This document shows, piece after piece, positions 55,505 through 64,000 of a stretch of 64,000 nt of DNA. Origin of the DNA: Trypanosoma brucei (taxonomy: Eukaryota); NCBI GenBank assembly GCA_000002445.1, contig CH464491.1, positions 1,280,001-1,344,000 on the forward strand, in the 5' to 3' direction. Numbering within the stretch: position 1 is the stretch's first letter; each line of letters opens with the position of its first letter. The notes under the pieces were generated by a model. That model was not told the DNA's origin. It saw only the letters and a list, made by a program, of their open reading frames with translations, and did not search any database. Position numbers and translations under genes: made by a program.

Positions 55505-56053
55505 ATGCCCGACTCGCCGACATCCCAGCGTTGCGCAGGCTCTAACAATCGGAAACCCAAGCGTGTTGCAACGAGGAAAGCGGATGGCGGAGATCAGCCT
55601 CTCGCTGTGAACGGCCCATCATCGCCGGAGTGTATCCGTACGAGGACACAAAAGTTAGAAAAGGAACTGCGTGAGCTTGTTCTCCGCAACAGGTCCAGGC
55701 ACGAGCGGCTGCAGAACATGAGGAATCGTGCCACATTGTCAAGCCCTCCACCGTCAGGCCCTCAGTCGTTCGAGCGTGCAGCAAGGCCGTCAGATGAATC
55801 AAAGCCGAGGAGCGAAACGGAGGGGAGGAATAAGCTTCCTAATCTGTACAAGTGTTTTGACGAGGCGCGAACGAAGTCGCTCTTGGAGTACGAAAAAAAT
55901 AAAGGGAGCAAAGAGTCTTGTATGTACTCTTCGTACATACCGCGCGACGCAGACCTCACGCCGAGGGGGAAACAGCGAGACGCGATGAAAGATCCCGACT
56001 CTTTCAGCCTTCGATTCTGTAGCAAGTTGCACCCAAGAGACGACTCTAGATAA
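55505..56053 (+). CDS. Hypothetical basic/low-complexity protein (182 aa)
   Basis: ATG at 55505. Lys/Arg/Ser/Pro-rich, no motif. Moderate confidence because of its size and composition. Confidence 0.45.
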   Translation: MPDSPTSQRCAGSNNRKPKRVATRKADGGDQPLAVNGPSSPECIRTRTQKLEKELRELVLRNRSRHERLQNMRNRATLSSPPPSGPQSFERAARPSDESKPRSETEGRNKLPNLYKCFDEARTKSLLEYEKNKGSKESCMYSSYIPRDADLTPRGKQRDAMKDPDSFSLRFCSKLHPRDDSR

Positions 56054-56355
56054 GATTTTTGGAATCGTTAGGAGAGAGAGGTGCGTGTGGGTGGGGGGAA
56101 GGGGGCGGTGAATAGCTATGGGGGACCACCGTGTTCTCTTTCCTCACTTTGTGTGTGCTCTCTGGTTGAACTCCTACACCACGAGATGTCCGTTTGCGAA
56201 AATGTGTATGTATTGCAGTAACCTGACTACGCTGGAACTGTTATTTGTGCTCTCCTTTCAATGTATCATGCATCGTGCTTGTTTTCCTTTGGGCCGACGT
56301 GCGCGCTGTTGTGTCACTTGTCACACTGTGTTTGATTTTTTTGCATAATCTTAGG

Positions 56356-57354
56356 ATGGCAGGATTGCAGAGTGCTTTAGCGTATCGACTTGCTTTAGTT
56401 GACCAAGAAAGGCAACAGCAACAACGAGGGTATGATTTCCTGCGGCGGTCCCTGCTCCATAAGGTTGTTGCTGCATGTGCTCAGGGAGGCTCAGCAGCCA
56501 AACTCGATCGCCACGGAGGTCGGGTCTCGTCGAGTGACGAACTGGTTATTAGGGATGAACGTGGGATTGCCAGTATTGGTGATAGCGATGTAGTGTCTAA
56601 TGCGGGGGATGACATGACGGGTGTCAGTGTTTCGTCACAATGGCCCAGTCCAGATGAGGAAACGGAGGAGCCTCCTTCACGGAAGTTGTTGGGCTTCCAA
56701 AGTACCCCTATGGAGTCCGTCGGTGCGAAAGGCAAGAAGCGCGAGGAGGGAACTTTTGGTGCAGGGGTGTTGGAGACCACCGGAGGGCGCTTGCAGGGCT
56801 TGGACGATTCCGATGTAGTTCCGAGTTTCCGTCCCACTATTTCGCTAGTCTCAGCCAGACTGGCGCGACAACGGCGGTTGAAAGATCGTGCGGAGGGTTT
56901 ACCCATTTCAGAGTACCTTTTTCAGCGAGGTAAGGCCACTAACAGGGTCGGCAAGCAAGAGCAAGGTGAGACTGTCCGTGCACATGCGGATCCCACAGTA
57001 GCAACGAGGGTGAGAAAGGTGACCTTCACAGCTTCTACCGTGGAAAGACTGTACTCAAACCCAAAGGGGAAGCAAGGGAACGACACTCAACATAGAAAGC
57101 AGCAGTTACAGGATATCTCCCCGACCGATATAGATCTTCGCTTTCATCCGTTGATATCGGAGAGGGCAGCGAAGCTACAGAGGGGAACGAGCAGAAAGGT
57201 GCATGATGACCTATACGAACATGGAGTCCGAAGGCAACTACAGAAGAATTGCGCTCAGCCGCGGAACGAACCCTCGTTTCACCCTACCATTAACCAGGTG
57301 AGCGAGATGATTGTTAGGGGGTTGTCCAACCCTGCCGTAGCGGGGCTGACGTAA
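56356..57354 (+). CDS. Hypothetical protein (~332 aa)
   Basis: The ORF-track start at 56245 is TTG; the first ATG is 56356 (MAGLQSALAYRL...). No motif recognised. Confidence 0.55.
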   Translation: MAGLQSALAYRLALVDQERQQQQRGYDFLRRSLLHKVVAACAQGGSAAKLDRHGGRVSSSDELVIRDERGIASIGDSDVVSNAGDDMTGVSVSSQWPSPDEETEEPPSRKLLGFQSTPMESVGAKGKKREEGTFGAGVLETTGGRLQGLDDSDVVPSFRPTISLVSARLARQRRLKDRAEGLPISEYLFQRGKATNRVGKQEQGETVRAHADPTVATRVRKVTFTASTVERLYSNPKGKQGNDTQHRKQQLQDISPTDIDLRFHPLISERAAKLQRGTSRKVHDDLYEHGVRRQLQKNCAQPRNEPSFHPTINQVSEMIVRGLSNPAVAGLT

Positions 57355-57854
57355 CCTGGGAAATGTTCTCTTCGGATAGCATGCACACAAGTATAGATAT
57401 AGCGGTGAATGGACCCATCACAGGGCACTCGGTTCGCCCCGGTCGGCGTACATGAGTTGGTGGGAAATGCCGCGAGTGTATCACGTTTTATGAAAGCCTT
57501 TTACATATATATATATGTACAGTGCTTACTGACTGCACCGGGCGATTGCTTGCCTCTGTTTGTGCCCCTTGTGTGGATGTGAATTGTTAGGACCGAATCA
57601 CGCCACAGCAGCTATCAGGCTGCACCATCGGAAGCCACTGGTTGCATCCCGGGGCGCACCACAATACACATCGTTTGCAGGTGTGGTATCCACCATGGGC
57701 AAAGGGGTTCGTTGGTCTGCCGGTTCGCTGCACGAAGCGTGTAGCTAACATCGTATTTCATACTTTATCTGTGGTTTTGCGCACAAACTTCCTGACCGTC
57801 GTACCTTCCTTCTATTTGTCAATTGCTGATACCCAAATCTATTTGGCGTGTGTT

Positions 57855-57870
57855 ACGCACCTTTTTTTTT
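57855..57870 (+). promoter_or_regulatory. Poly-T tract followed by AG; candidate splice-acceptor region for the 57909 gene
   Basis: accttttttttttcacc ... caaagagcag, then ATG at 57909. Confidence 0.3.
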
Positions 57871-57908
57871 CACCTTCATTTGTTGCTAACCCTTCAAAGA
57901 GCAGTTGG

Positions 57909-59453
57909 ATGGCGAAAAAGGGTAAAAAGAATTCGGCGCCGCAGTTGGTGGCACCGGAGCCGGTGGCAGACGAGCTCGAGGTGGATATCCTGTGGGACGC
58001 CGTCAAAGAAGTAGATGATAAACCTCCTTTCATGGATGGGACACACCTGGACGCCACACGTGCGTTGTTCAAACTGGAGAAAACAGGACGCGGCGCACCG
58101 GATGTTCCGCACAATTTTTTCCAACTTCGGGAAAGAAACCTCAGCGTCGTGCGTGCCCGGGACCGTTTTGTGTTGGCTGAGCAGCGGCTGAAAGAGAGAA
58201 TGGAGGTGGACGAAGGCCTGCAGGACGATGATCAGTGTTTTCTATCACTGAAGCAAAGTGAGGGCGAAGAGTACCTGCGGGAGAGGAGAGCTGCCATGGA
58301 AAACATTGCTGGTGTTAAGTCAGCACTGGTGGAGGACCAACTCGGCTTGATTACACGTATGGAGGAGGCGGCCGAAGACTTCTTCCGAGGCTGGAATGAC
58401 TTATTAGAGGAGGTAACCGCACTCGCCACTGGGGACAGCAAAGTGAGCGCCGCGTTCGAAGAGAAACGAACTCTCACCAAAACGTTTAGGGAAGCGGAGG
58501 AACAGTATTTTCACGACCACGGGGAGCACGTTGTGGGCATCCGAGAAATGCGAAGGGAGACCAAGCGGCAGCAGGATGAAATGCTTCAGTCGATGGTAAC
58601 GCGTCTCGGGGCAGGTGTAGTGGAAATGGCAAGGTTGTCTGTGGAAGAACTAGAGGACAAGGCAGCCCAGCAAGAAGAAACAACGCGGCTTATTTCAGAA
58701 CTCATGAAGGTTCAAGGGAAGTCTACCGTGTTGGAAAAGCAGACAATTGCCATTAATGAGCACCGTGCCACGCTACAACGGTTGATAGATCTGGAGGTGC
58801 AAAAGCAGGAGTTCTGTATCCTGCGTCAGAAACAGATCGAGTCCGATTTGAAAACTCTTTCTGAAACTGTAAAGCACAACAACGAGCAGTTACTTCTCTT
58901 GTCAAGTAACGCCACTCCTTGCCAGGAATACAAAAAGCTGCTGCCGATGATCCCCACTTCTCCCAACACCATTTCCAACCTAACGAATGTGCAGGACAAG
59001 AGCCTGCTGTTGCTGACGGTGGAGGCTAAGCGGCAGCTTGAAGGGCTAGACGCTGAGCTGAAAACTCTGAAAGATGAGCTCGCTACACTTAGGAGGCGCC
59101 ACATTGTGCATCTAAGCGGCAAGTATAAACCAACAGCTACGGATGGGCCCCTAAGTGCCATGAAGAAAACTGCGGAGTTAGGTATCGAGACAACGAGCGC
59201 TATTCGGTCCGCAGTTCTAAACTCTTTGGAGCAGGTGTGCCGTTGCCTTGGATGTACGGAAGATGCAGAAGCACCTGGAGATTCTCTGGAGCGTCTTTTT
59301 TCCATAACAGATGTGGAAGAACGGAAAGCTGTACAATTGTACGTGTCGAGATGTATCAGTAAACTGTTTAGTTCGGAATGCCCTACGGCTTTGCCAGTTC
59401 CATTCCCCAGGAGTTCGAAGGGTATACAATGGGATATGTTGCCTTCACACTGA
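57909..59453 (+). CDS. Coiled-coil hypothetical protein (~514 aa)
   Basis: The ORF-track start at 57642 is TTG; the first in-frame ATG is 57909 (MAKKGKKNSAPQ...), preceded by a poly-T tract and an AG. Extensive heptad and charged-residue periodicity. Confidence 0.7.
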   Translation: MAKKGKKNSAPQLVAPEPVADELEVDILWDAVKEVDDKPPFMDGTHLDATRALFKLEKTGRGAPDVPHNFFQLRERNLSVVRARDRFVLAEQRLKERMEVDEGLQDDDQCFLSLKQSEGEEYLRERRAAMENIAGVKSALVEDQLGLITRMEEAAEDFFRGWNDLLEEVTALATGDSKVSAAFEEKRTLTKTFREAEEQYFHDHGEHVVGIREMRRETKRQQDEMLQSMVTRLGAGVVEMARLSVEELEDKAAQQEETTRLISELMKVQGKSTVLEKQTIAINEHRATLQRLIDLEVQKQEFCILRQKQIESDLKTLSETVKHNNEQLLLLSSNATPCQEYKKLLPMIPTSPNTISNLTNVQDKSLLLLTVEAKRQLEGLDAELKTLKDELATLRRRHIVHLSGKYKPTATDGPLSAMKKTAELGIETTSAIRSAVLNSLEQVCRCLGCTEDAEAPGDSLERLFSITDVEERKAVQLYVSRCISKLFSSECPTALPVPFPRSSKGIQWDMLPSH

Positions 59454-60277
59454 TACTTTGGTTGATGATACAAAAGCAAGAGTTAGCCCCGGAGTTTCCG
59501 CTATGGTGTTGTCTTTACCTTCCCATCTCCCTAGGGGGGGGGAATTTATGCTCCTTGTACACCTTCTCCTACCCCCAGTTTAGTAGAGTTCGATGGCATC
59601 AATATGACATATTAAACCGTGGGTGTAGTTAAGTGAATACCATCATTAATTGTACTATCAGATGTTAGTGTAGTGTCGGGTGTCAGTGGCAAGTGCAAGA
59701 GGAGAAGAAGGTAAATTTCTCCCGATTCGTCAAAGTCACGTTACGGCCTGTTACCGATTGGCAGAACCCTTTCGTGTTGGAAACCACACTCAACCGCTCC
59801 ATTTTAGGTGTGCTTATGTGTTTTGTCTCTTCTCTCTTTCCCATCCACACACACACGAACACAAAGGCCTAAAATAAAATCCCACTAAAAACGTTACTGC
59901 GACACTATCACTCACAAAATTCACTACTTTTAACCTTGTTTATTATTGTAATAATAATAATAAATGAATGGATTAACCCTCTACTTAGACACAAGGAGAA
60001 GTTACACATTAAAGCACAGTTAAGTTGAGGGGAAAGCGCAAGCAAAGGGATTGAAGGCGAAAGTGACTTTCCACTACGTTTTTTCAGCAGTTCATCGAAA
60101 ATCGGCAAAAAAAAGTGGGTGTATTTAAAAAAGGAAATATATACGGACGTGAATATAAGAAACATCGAAGAAATAGGAAAACAACATATTGAAAAATAAC
60201 ACAAACACATTTTGTAAAAAAAAAAAAAAGACAAACAGTAGTAGTATAGATTTACAGGGGTCTACAACGGTACTGAA

Positions 60278-61591
60278 ATGAATCGCATACTGTTTGCACT
60301 TGCCATCATCTTTTATTTACCGATTCCCCTCAGCGTCATCAAGGGGAGCTGTAAAGAAATTCCGACCCACCAGCAGCCACAGGCCCCTTACATACCAAAT
60401 ATTCAAAAGCAAACAAAAGAGGTATTGACACCATCGCAACAAGAAGATAAACAGAATTTTTCTCCAACGCTCCACAAAATAGAAAGTGCGCGGCAGTTCC
60501 ACTACGACGACTCAACAAATATCGACGGAAACAAAAGCATTCAGCATCAAACCGCAGTAACAGACGTCAATGACAATAACAGTGCCAACACTTCCAATGA
60601 GGATGAAGAGGAAGATGAAGATGAAGATGATACCGCAGTAACAGACGTCAATGACAATAACAGTGCCAACACTTCCAATGAGGATGAAGAGGAAGATGAA
60701 GATGAAGATGATACCGCAGTAACAGACGTCAATGACAATAACAGTGCCAACACTTCCAATGAGGATGAAGGGGAAGATGAAGATGAAGATGATACCGCAG
60801 TAACAGACGTCAATGACAATAACAGTGCCAACACTTCCAATGAGGATGAAGAGGAAGATGAAGATGAAGATGATACCGCAGTAACAGACGTCAATGACAA
60901 TAACAGTGCCAACACTTCCAATGAGGATGAAGAGGAAGATGAAGATGAAGATGATACCGCAGTAACAGACGTCAATGACAATAACAGTGCCAACACTTCC
61001 AATGAGGATGAAGAGGAAGATGAAGATGAAGATGATACCGCAGTAACAGACGTCAATGACAATAACAGTGCCAACACTTCCAATGAGGATGAAGGGGAAG
61101 ATGAAGATGAAGATGATACCGCAGTAACAGACGTCAATGACAATAACAGTGCCAACACTTCCAATGAGGATGAAGAGGAAGATGAGGATGAAGATGATAC
61201 CGCAGTAACAGACGTCAATGACAATAACAGTGCCAACACTTCCAATGAGGATGAAGAGGAAGATGAGGATGAAGATGATACCGCAGTAACAGACGTCAAT
61301 GACAATAACAGTGCCAACACTTCCAATGAGGATGAAGAGGAAGATGAGGATGAAGATGATACCGCAGTAACAGACGTCAATGACAATAACAGTGCCAACA
61401 CTTCCAATGAGGATGAAGGGAAAGAGGAACTGGAGTTTACCATTGCTCCTTCTCCTGTTTTTTTACCTCCTCCACCGGTAAGTGATGAAAATTCCACTCT
61501 TCTGGATGGGAATGATCTCTCCGTTGACAGGGGTAATTATTGTTCATTGCTATTTTCCTTCGTGTTTGTGTTTCTTACCTTTGTCGTCTAA
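60278..61591 (+). CDS. Predicted secreted/GPI-anchored acidic repeat protein. It has a signal peptide, then ~10.7 x 27-aa repeats (AVTDVNDNNSANTSNEDEEEDEDEDDT), then a hydrophobic C-terminal tail
   Basis: ATG at 60278. N-terminal hydrophobic h-region (MNRILFALAIIFYLPIPLSVIKGSC). 81-bp tandem units from ~60554 to ~61418. C-terminus ...GNYCSLLFSFVFVFLTFVV is typical of a GPI-addition signal. Confidence 0.8.
   Translation: MNRILFALAIIFYLPIPLSVIKGSCKEIPTHQQPQAPYIPNIQKQTKEVLTPSQQEDKQNFSPTLHKIESARQFHYDDSTNIDGNKSIQHQTAVTDVNDNNSANTSNEDEEEDEDEDDTAVTDVNDNNSANTSNEDEEEDEDEDDTAVTDVNDNNSANTSNEDEGEDEDEDDTAVTDVNDNNSANTSNEDEEEDEDEDDTAVTDVNDNNSANTSNEDEEEDEDEDDTAVTDVNDNNSANTSNEDEEEDEDEDDTAVTDVNDNNSANTSNEDEGEDEDEDDTAVTDVNDNNSANTSNEDEEEDEDEDDTAVTDVNDNNSANTSNEDEEEDEDEDDTAVTDVNDNNSANTSNEDEEEDEDEDDTAVTDVNDNNSANTSNEDEGKEELEFTIAPSPVFLPPPPVSDENSTLLDGNDLSVDRGNYCSLLFSFVFVFLTFVV
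60554..61418 (+). repeat. Coding tandem repeat of 81 bp x ~10.7 with a 4-unit higher-order pattern. Units 3, 7 and 11 carry GGG (Gly) instead of GAG. Units 8-10 share a synonymous GAA>GAG
   Basis: Seen directly in the sequence and in the ORF translation. The perfect-repeat mirror ORF on the minus strand (60547..61497, Ser-rich) is an artifact of this array. Confidence 0.9.
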
Positions 61592-61677
61592 CGTTTTATT
61601 TTGCTTTCTTAAACCTTAAATATACTTTTCGATTGTAGTTTTAGTGTTGTTTGGTTATATTCTTTTACATAAAAGAT

Positions 61678-62023
61678 TTTGTTCATTTTATTTTTCACCT
61701 TAGCAGTGAATCTACGAAGTCCTCTTTCGCACATTCCACTGATGTGAACCACACCCTCTCGCACATAATTAGTTATTGATTTAATACTGCATATAAATCT
61801 ATTTTATATTTTTTAAATATTTACTGATGCTTTCTACCAGCCTTGAGGCGCATGCAGTCGCCCAAAAATAAGTGGACATCGCAGTAGATTTATTGTGGAG
61901 TGATATCAATAAGCTTGCGCGTGTGTATATGAGACCCGTTTCCTCTCTTCTTTTTAGTGGTGCTCCTATTTTCCTTGTTTTGGTGTTTGTTTTTTCGTGT
62001 GTGTGTGTGTGATGCTGTTGCAT
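61678..62023 (+). repeat. Direct repeat copy 1 (~346 bp) downstream of the acidic-repeat gene, ending in (GT)n + GATGCTGTTGCAT. Candidate shared 3' UTR or intergenic regulatory element
   Basis: Near-identical to 63426..63784. The only differences are a small (TA) indel near 61806/63553 and the (GT)n length. Confidence 0.85.
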
Positions 62024-62240
62024 GTACGACGCCGCATATTATCCGTATTTTTTAGTTCGGTTTTTGCTCCTGTAGTTTTAATGGTATCGTAACGCTCTGT
62101 ATACATATTCCAAGTTATTCATGCTTATTAATTAAATTGTGTATCGTTTCTTTTTTTTAAAAAAAACCCTTTGTTCTTCTTGACGTTAGGCATATTATTG
62201 TTATAGTAGGGTATAGCCTTTACATTTTCGTCGTGTTAAA

Positions 62241-63059
62241 ATGTTTATCAGTGGGCTGTTCGTGTTGGCCGTGGCTCTGTGCTGCACGAACCCCACAGAT
62301 GGTTGCGACAGCAACTTCACATTGGCTCAAGTGCTGACGCTGTGTCAAATAACAGAACAGCTGAGGGGACTGAAGGAAGTTGTTATGAAAATTGGACCGC
62401 GAGCTGTTGAGGAAGCATTGTTTACTTTGAAGGCGAAGAAACGTAGTGAAGTATCTTTGAGGCGGGCAGAGGAGGCGGCGGAACGGGACCGCAACGCAGG
62501 TTTTGCGGCGGAACGGGCAAGGCTGGCGTATGATAGCGTTTGTGAGGCCGTTGAGTTTGCTGAGTATGCGGCGACAAGCATCGAGGGACGAGCGAGTTCC
62601 CTCCTAGTTATTCAGGAATATTATGTGCCATTCCTGGAAGATGTGATGCTCAGGGTTGGGACGGATGCGGAAGCTGCGGAAGCCCAAGAAGCCGCCATGT
62701 CATGTCTACAAACAAAAAGAAGTGTTTCACCAACGTCACTAAGTGAAGCGGCCTTGGAACTCCGGGTGAGATTAGGGGTCAGAAACTTTAGAGCGTTGAG
62801 GCGCGATCTCCACCGAGCGGCGTTTTGTCTCTATTCGTTGAAAAAGACGGCCGCGAAGATTGCGCTGGCCAGAAGTTCAGTAGAGGAAATAGAGTACCTC
62901 ATAAACGAAGCAGCAAATGAAGCAGAGTGCGTGTCTCCCCCCAAGGGAGGCATACAGGGACAGTTGCCATCGGATGAAAGTGATTCTTCAAATTTGGTCA
63001 CTGTGATTTCGGCCGTCCCGATATGTTGGTTATTGGCCACCATTACGCGTGTTTTGTAA
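62241..63059 (+). CDS. Predicted GPI-anchored, Ala/Glu-rich alpha-helical surface protein (272 aa); possibly BARP/GARP-like. The family assignment is inference
   Basis: ATG at 62241. Signal peptide MFISGLFVLAVALCCTNPTDG. Ala/Glu/Arg-rich helical core. C-terminus DESDSSNLVTVISAVPICWLLATITRVL resembles a GPI-addition signal. The same ~350-bp element lies downstream of both this gene and the preceding surface-protein gene. Confidence 0.75.
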   Translation: MFISGLFVLAVALCCTNPTDGCDSNFTLAQVLTLCQITEQLRGLKEVVMKIGPRAVEEALFTLKAKKRSEVSLRRAEEAAERDRNAGFAAERARLAYDSVCEAVEFAEYAATSIEGRASSLLVIQEYYVPFLEDVMLRVGTDAEAAEAQEAAMSCLQTKRSVSPTSLSEAALELRVRLGVRNFRALRRDLHRAAFCLYSLKKTAAKIALARSSVEEIEYLINEAANEAECVSPPKGGIQGQLPSDESDSSNLVTVISAVPICWLLATITRVL

Positions 63060-63425
63060 CGATATGCCCTCACACGCATGCAGAGGGAATAAATCTGCAG
63101 GCGTAGCACCGTCCATGGTGCAGCGACTTGAGTATAAATGAAGTATGAGCGTGTTGTTTTACGTGCGTAACTTTATGTGAAAAATGTGCACGTGGGGCTG
63201 AGGCATGAATGCACGCATGTTTGCCTCGCGTTCACGCAGTAATGATAGTTTTCGACGTGTGTTGACGACACATTGCCCCTTACCTCCTTTTTTATTTTTT
63301 ATTTCACTTGTTAGCGTCATTACATTCGCAAAAACAGATGTGCAAAGTGTTTTTCATGTAAAATCTGTCTGCCTCCCCTTTACTGCCGTAGATACTGCAC
63401 GCTGTGCAATCGTGTTAACACGTGT

Positions 63426-63784
63426 ATGTTCATTTAATTGCTCCCCTTAGCAGTGAATCTACGAAGTCCTCTTTCGCACATTCCACTGATGTGAACCACA
63501 CCCTCTCGCACATAATTAGTTATTGATTTAATACTGCATATAAATCTATTTTATATATATTTTAAATATTTACTGATGCTTTCTACCAGCCTTGAGGCGC
63601 ATGCAGTCGCCCAAAAATAAGTGGACATCGCAGTAGATTTATTGTGGAGTGATATCAATAAGCTTGCGCGTGTGTATATGAGACCCGTTTCCTCTCTTCT
63701 TTTTAGTGGTGCTCCTATTTTCCTTGTTTTGGTGTTTGTTTCTTCGTGTGTGTGTGTGTGTGTGTGTGTGTGATGCTGTTGCAT
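63426..63784 (+). repeat. Direct repeat copy 2 (~359 bp) of the element at 61678..62023
   Basis: Sequence identity is readable by eye across the whole element, with a longer (GT)n run. Confidence 0.85.
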
Positions 63785-64000
63785 TTACTTGTGCCACCAC
63801 AAACTCCCCAGGCTTTTTTAACACTTATTTATTATAACTGTACCGTAAGGAAGGGGATATGGGCCCGCTGTGAAGCTGGTGCAAATGAGTTGGTTGGAAT
63901 GTAACAACGGATGGTCGGGGGAGGGGGCATATTGGATCCCTTCCTGGTCATCGCCAGCACAAACATCCGCCGAAACACCGCGGAAGAGCCATTGCTGAGG

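Noticed and set aside
60547-61497. 316-aa Ser-rich ORF on the minus strand spanning the acidic repeat array
   Set aside because: It is a perfect-period mirror translation of the 81-bp repeats. Antisense ORFs are automatically long across tandem repeats, and all flanking genes are on the + strand.
61799-62023. Two identical ~75-aa minus-strand ORFs (61799-62023 and 63551-63784; MQQHHTHTHEKTNTKTRKIG...)
   Set aside because: Both lie entirely inside the two copies of the ~350-bp direct repeat. Their identity reflects the repeat, not a duplicated gene. The His/Thr run is simply the (GT)n read antisense.
1-64000. Search for tRNA, SL-RNA, rRNA or retroposon (ingi/RIME/SIDER) sequences
   Set aside because: No tRNA T-loop consensus (GGTTCGAATCC-like), no spliced-leader sequence, and no long interspersed-repeat hallmark were seen on reading. 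I cannot exclude degenerate elements without a homology search.

Overview
This window looks like a kinetoplastid (Trypanosoma-type) nuclear locus, most plausibly T. brucei-like; that identification is inference, not a search result. Three things support it: AT-rich intergenic regions full of poly-pyrimidine tracts and (TA)n/(GT)n microsatellites, every long ORF on the + strand, and no introns. I see about 24 protein-coding genes forming a single unidirectional polycistronic cluster. I found no strand switch, tRNA, rRNA or recognisable retroposon.

Products I can recognise from motifs:
- Naa10/ARD1 N-acetyltransferase
- a Rab5-type GTPase
- the PKA regulatory subunit, with an LRR N-terminus and two Arg-less cNMP pockets
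- a calpain-7-like cysteine peptidase
- a kinesin-13 motor fused to tandem TRAF-type zinc fingers
- SURF1
- a family-A mitochondrial DNA polymerase, POLIB-like at 1404 aa
- an AKR-family prostaglandin-F-synthase-like reductase at 276 aa
- a DUF4200 (CCDC42/CFAP73-like) coiled-coil protein
- a RING-finger protein
- several very large hypothetical proteins, one PPR-like with a mitochondrial presequence

The most unusual structure is at the 3' end. Two adjacent genes encode predicted signal-peptide plus GPI-signal surface proteins. One is made of about 10.7 acidic 27-aa (81-bp) repeats with a 4-unit higher-order period. Each gene is followed by a nearly identical ~350-bp direct repeat, which looks like a shared 3' flanking or UTR element.

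A 5.4-kb gene-free, low-complexity block with alternating strand-asymmetric purine and pyrimidine tracts follows the PKAR gene.

The ORF track uses non-ATG starts (TTG/GTG). I moved starts to the first in-frame ATG where I could check this from the sequence.
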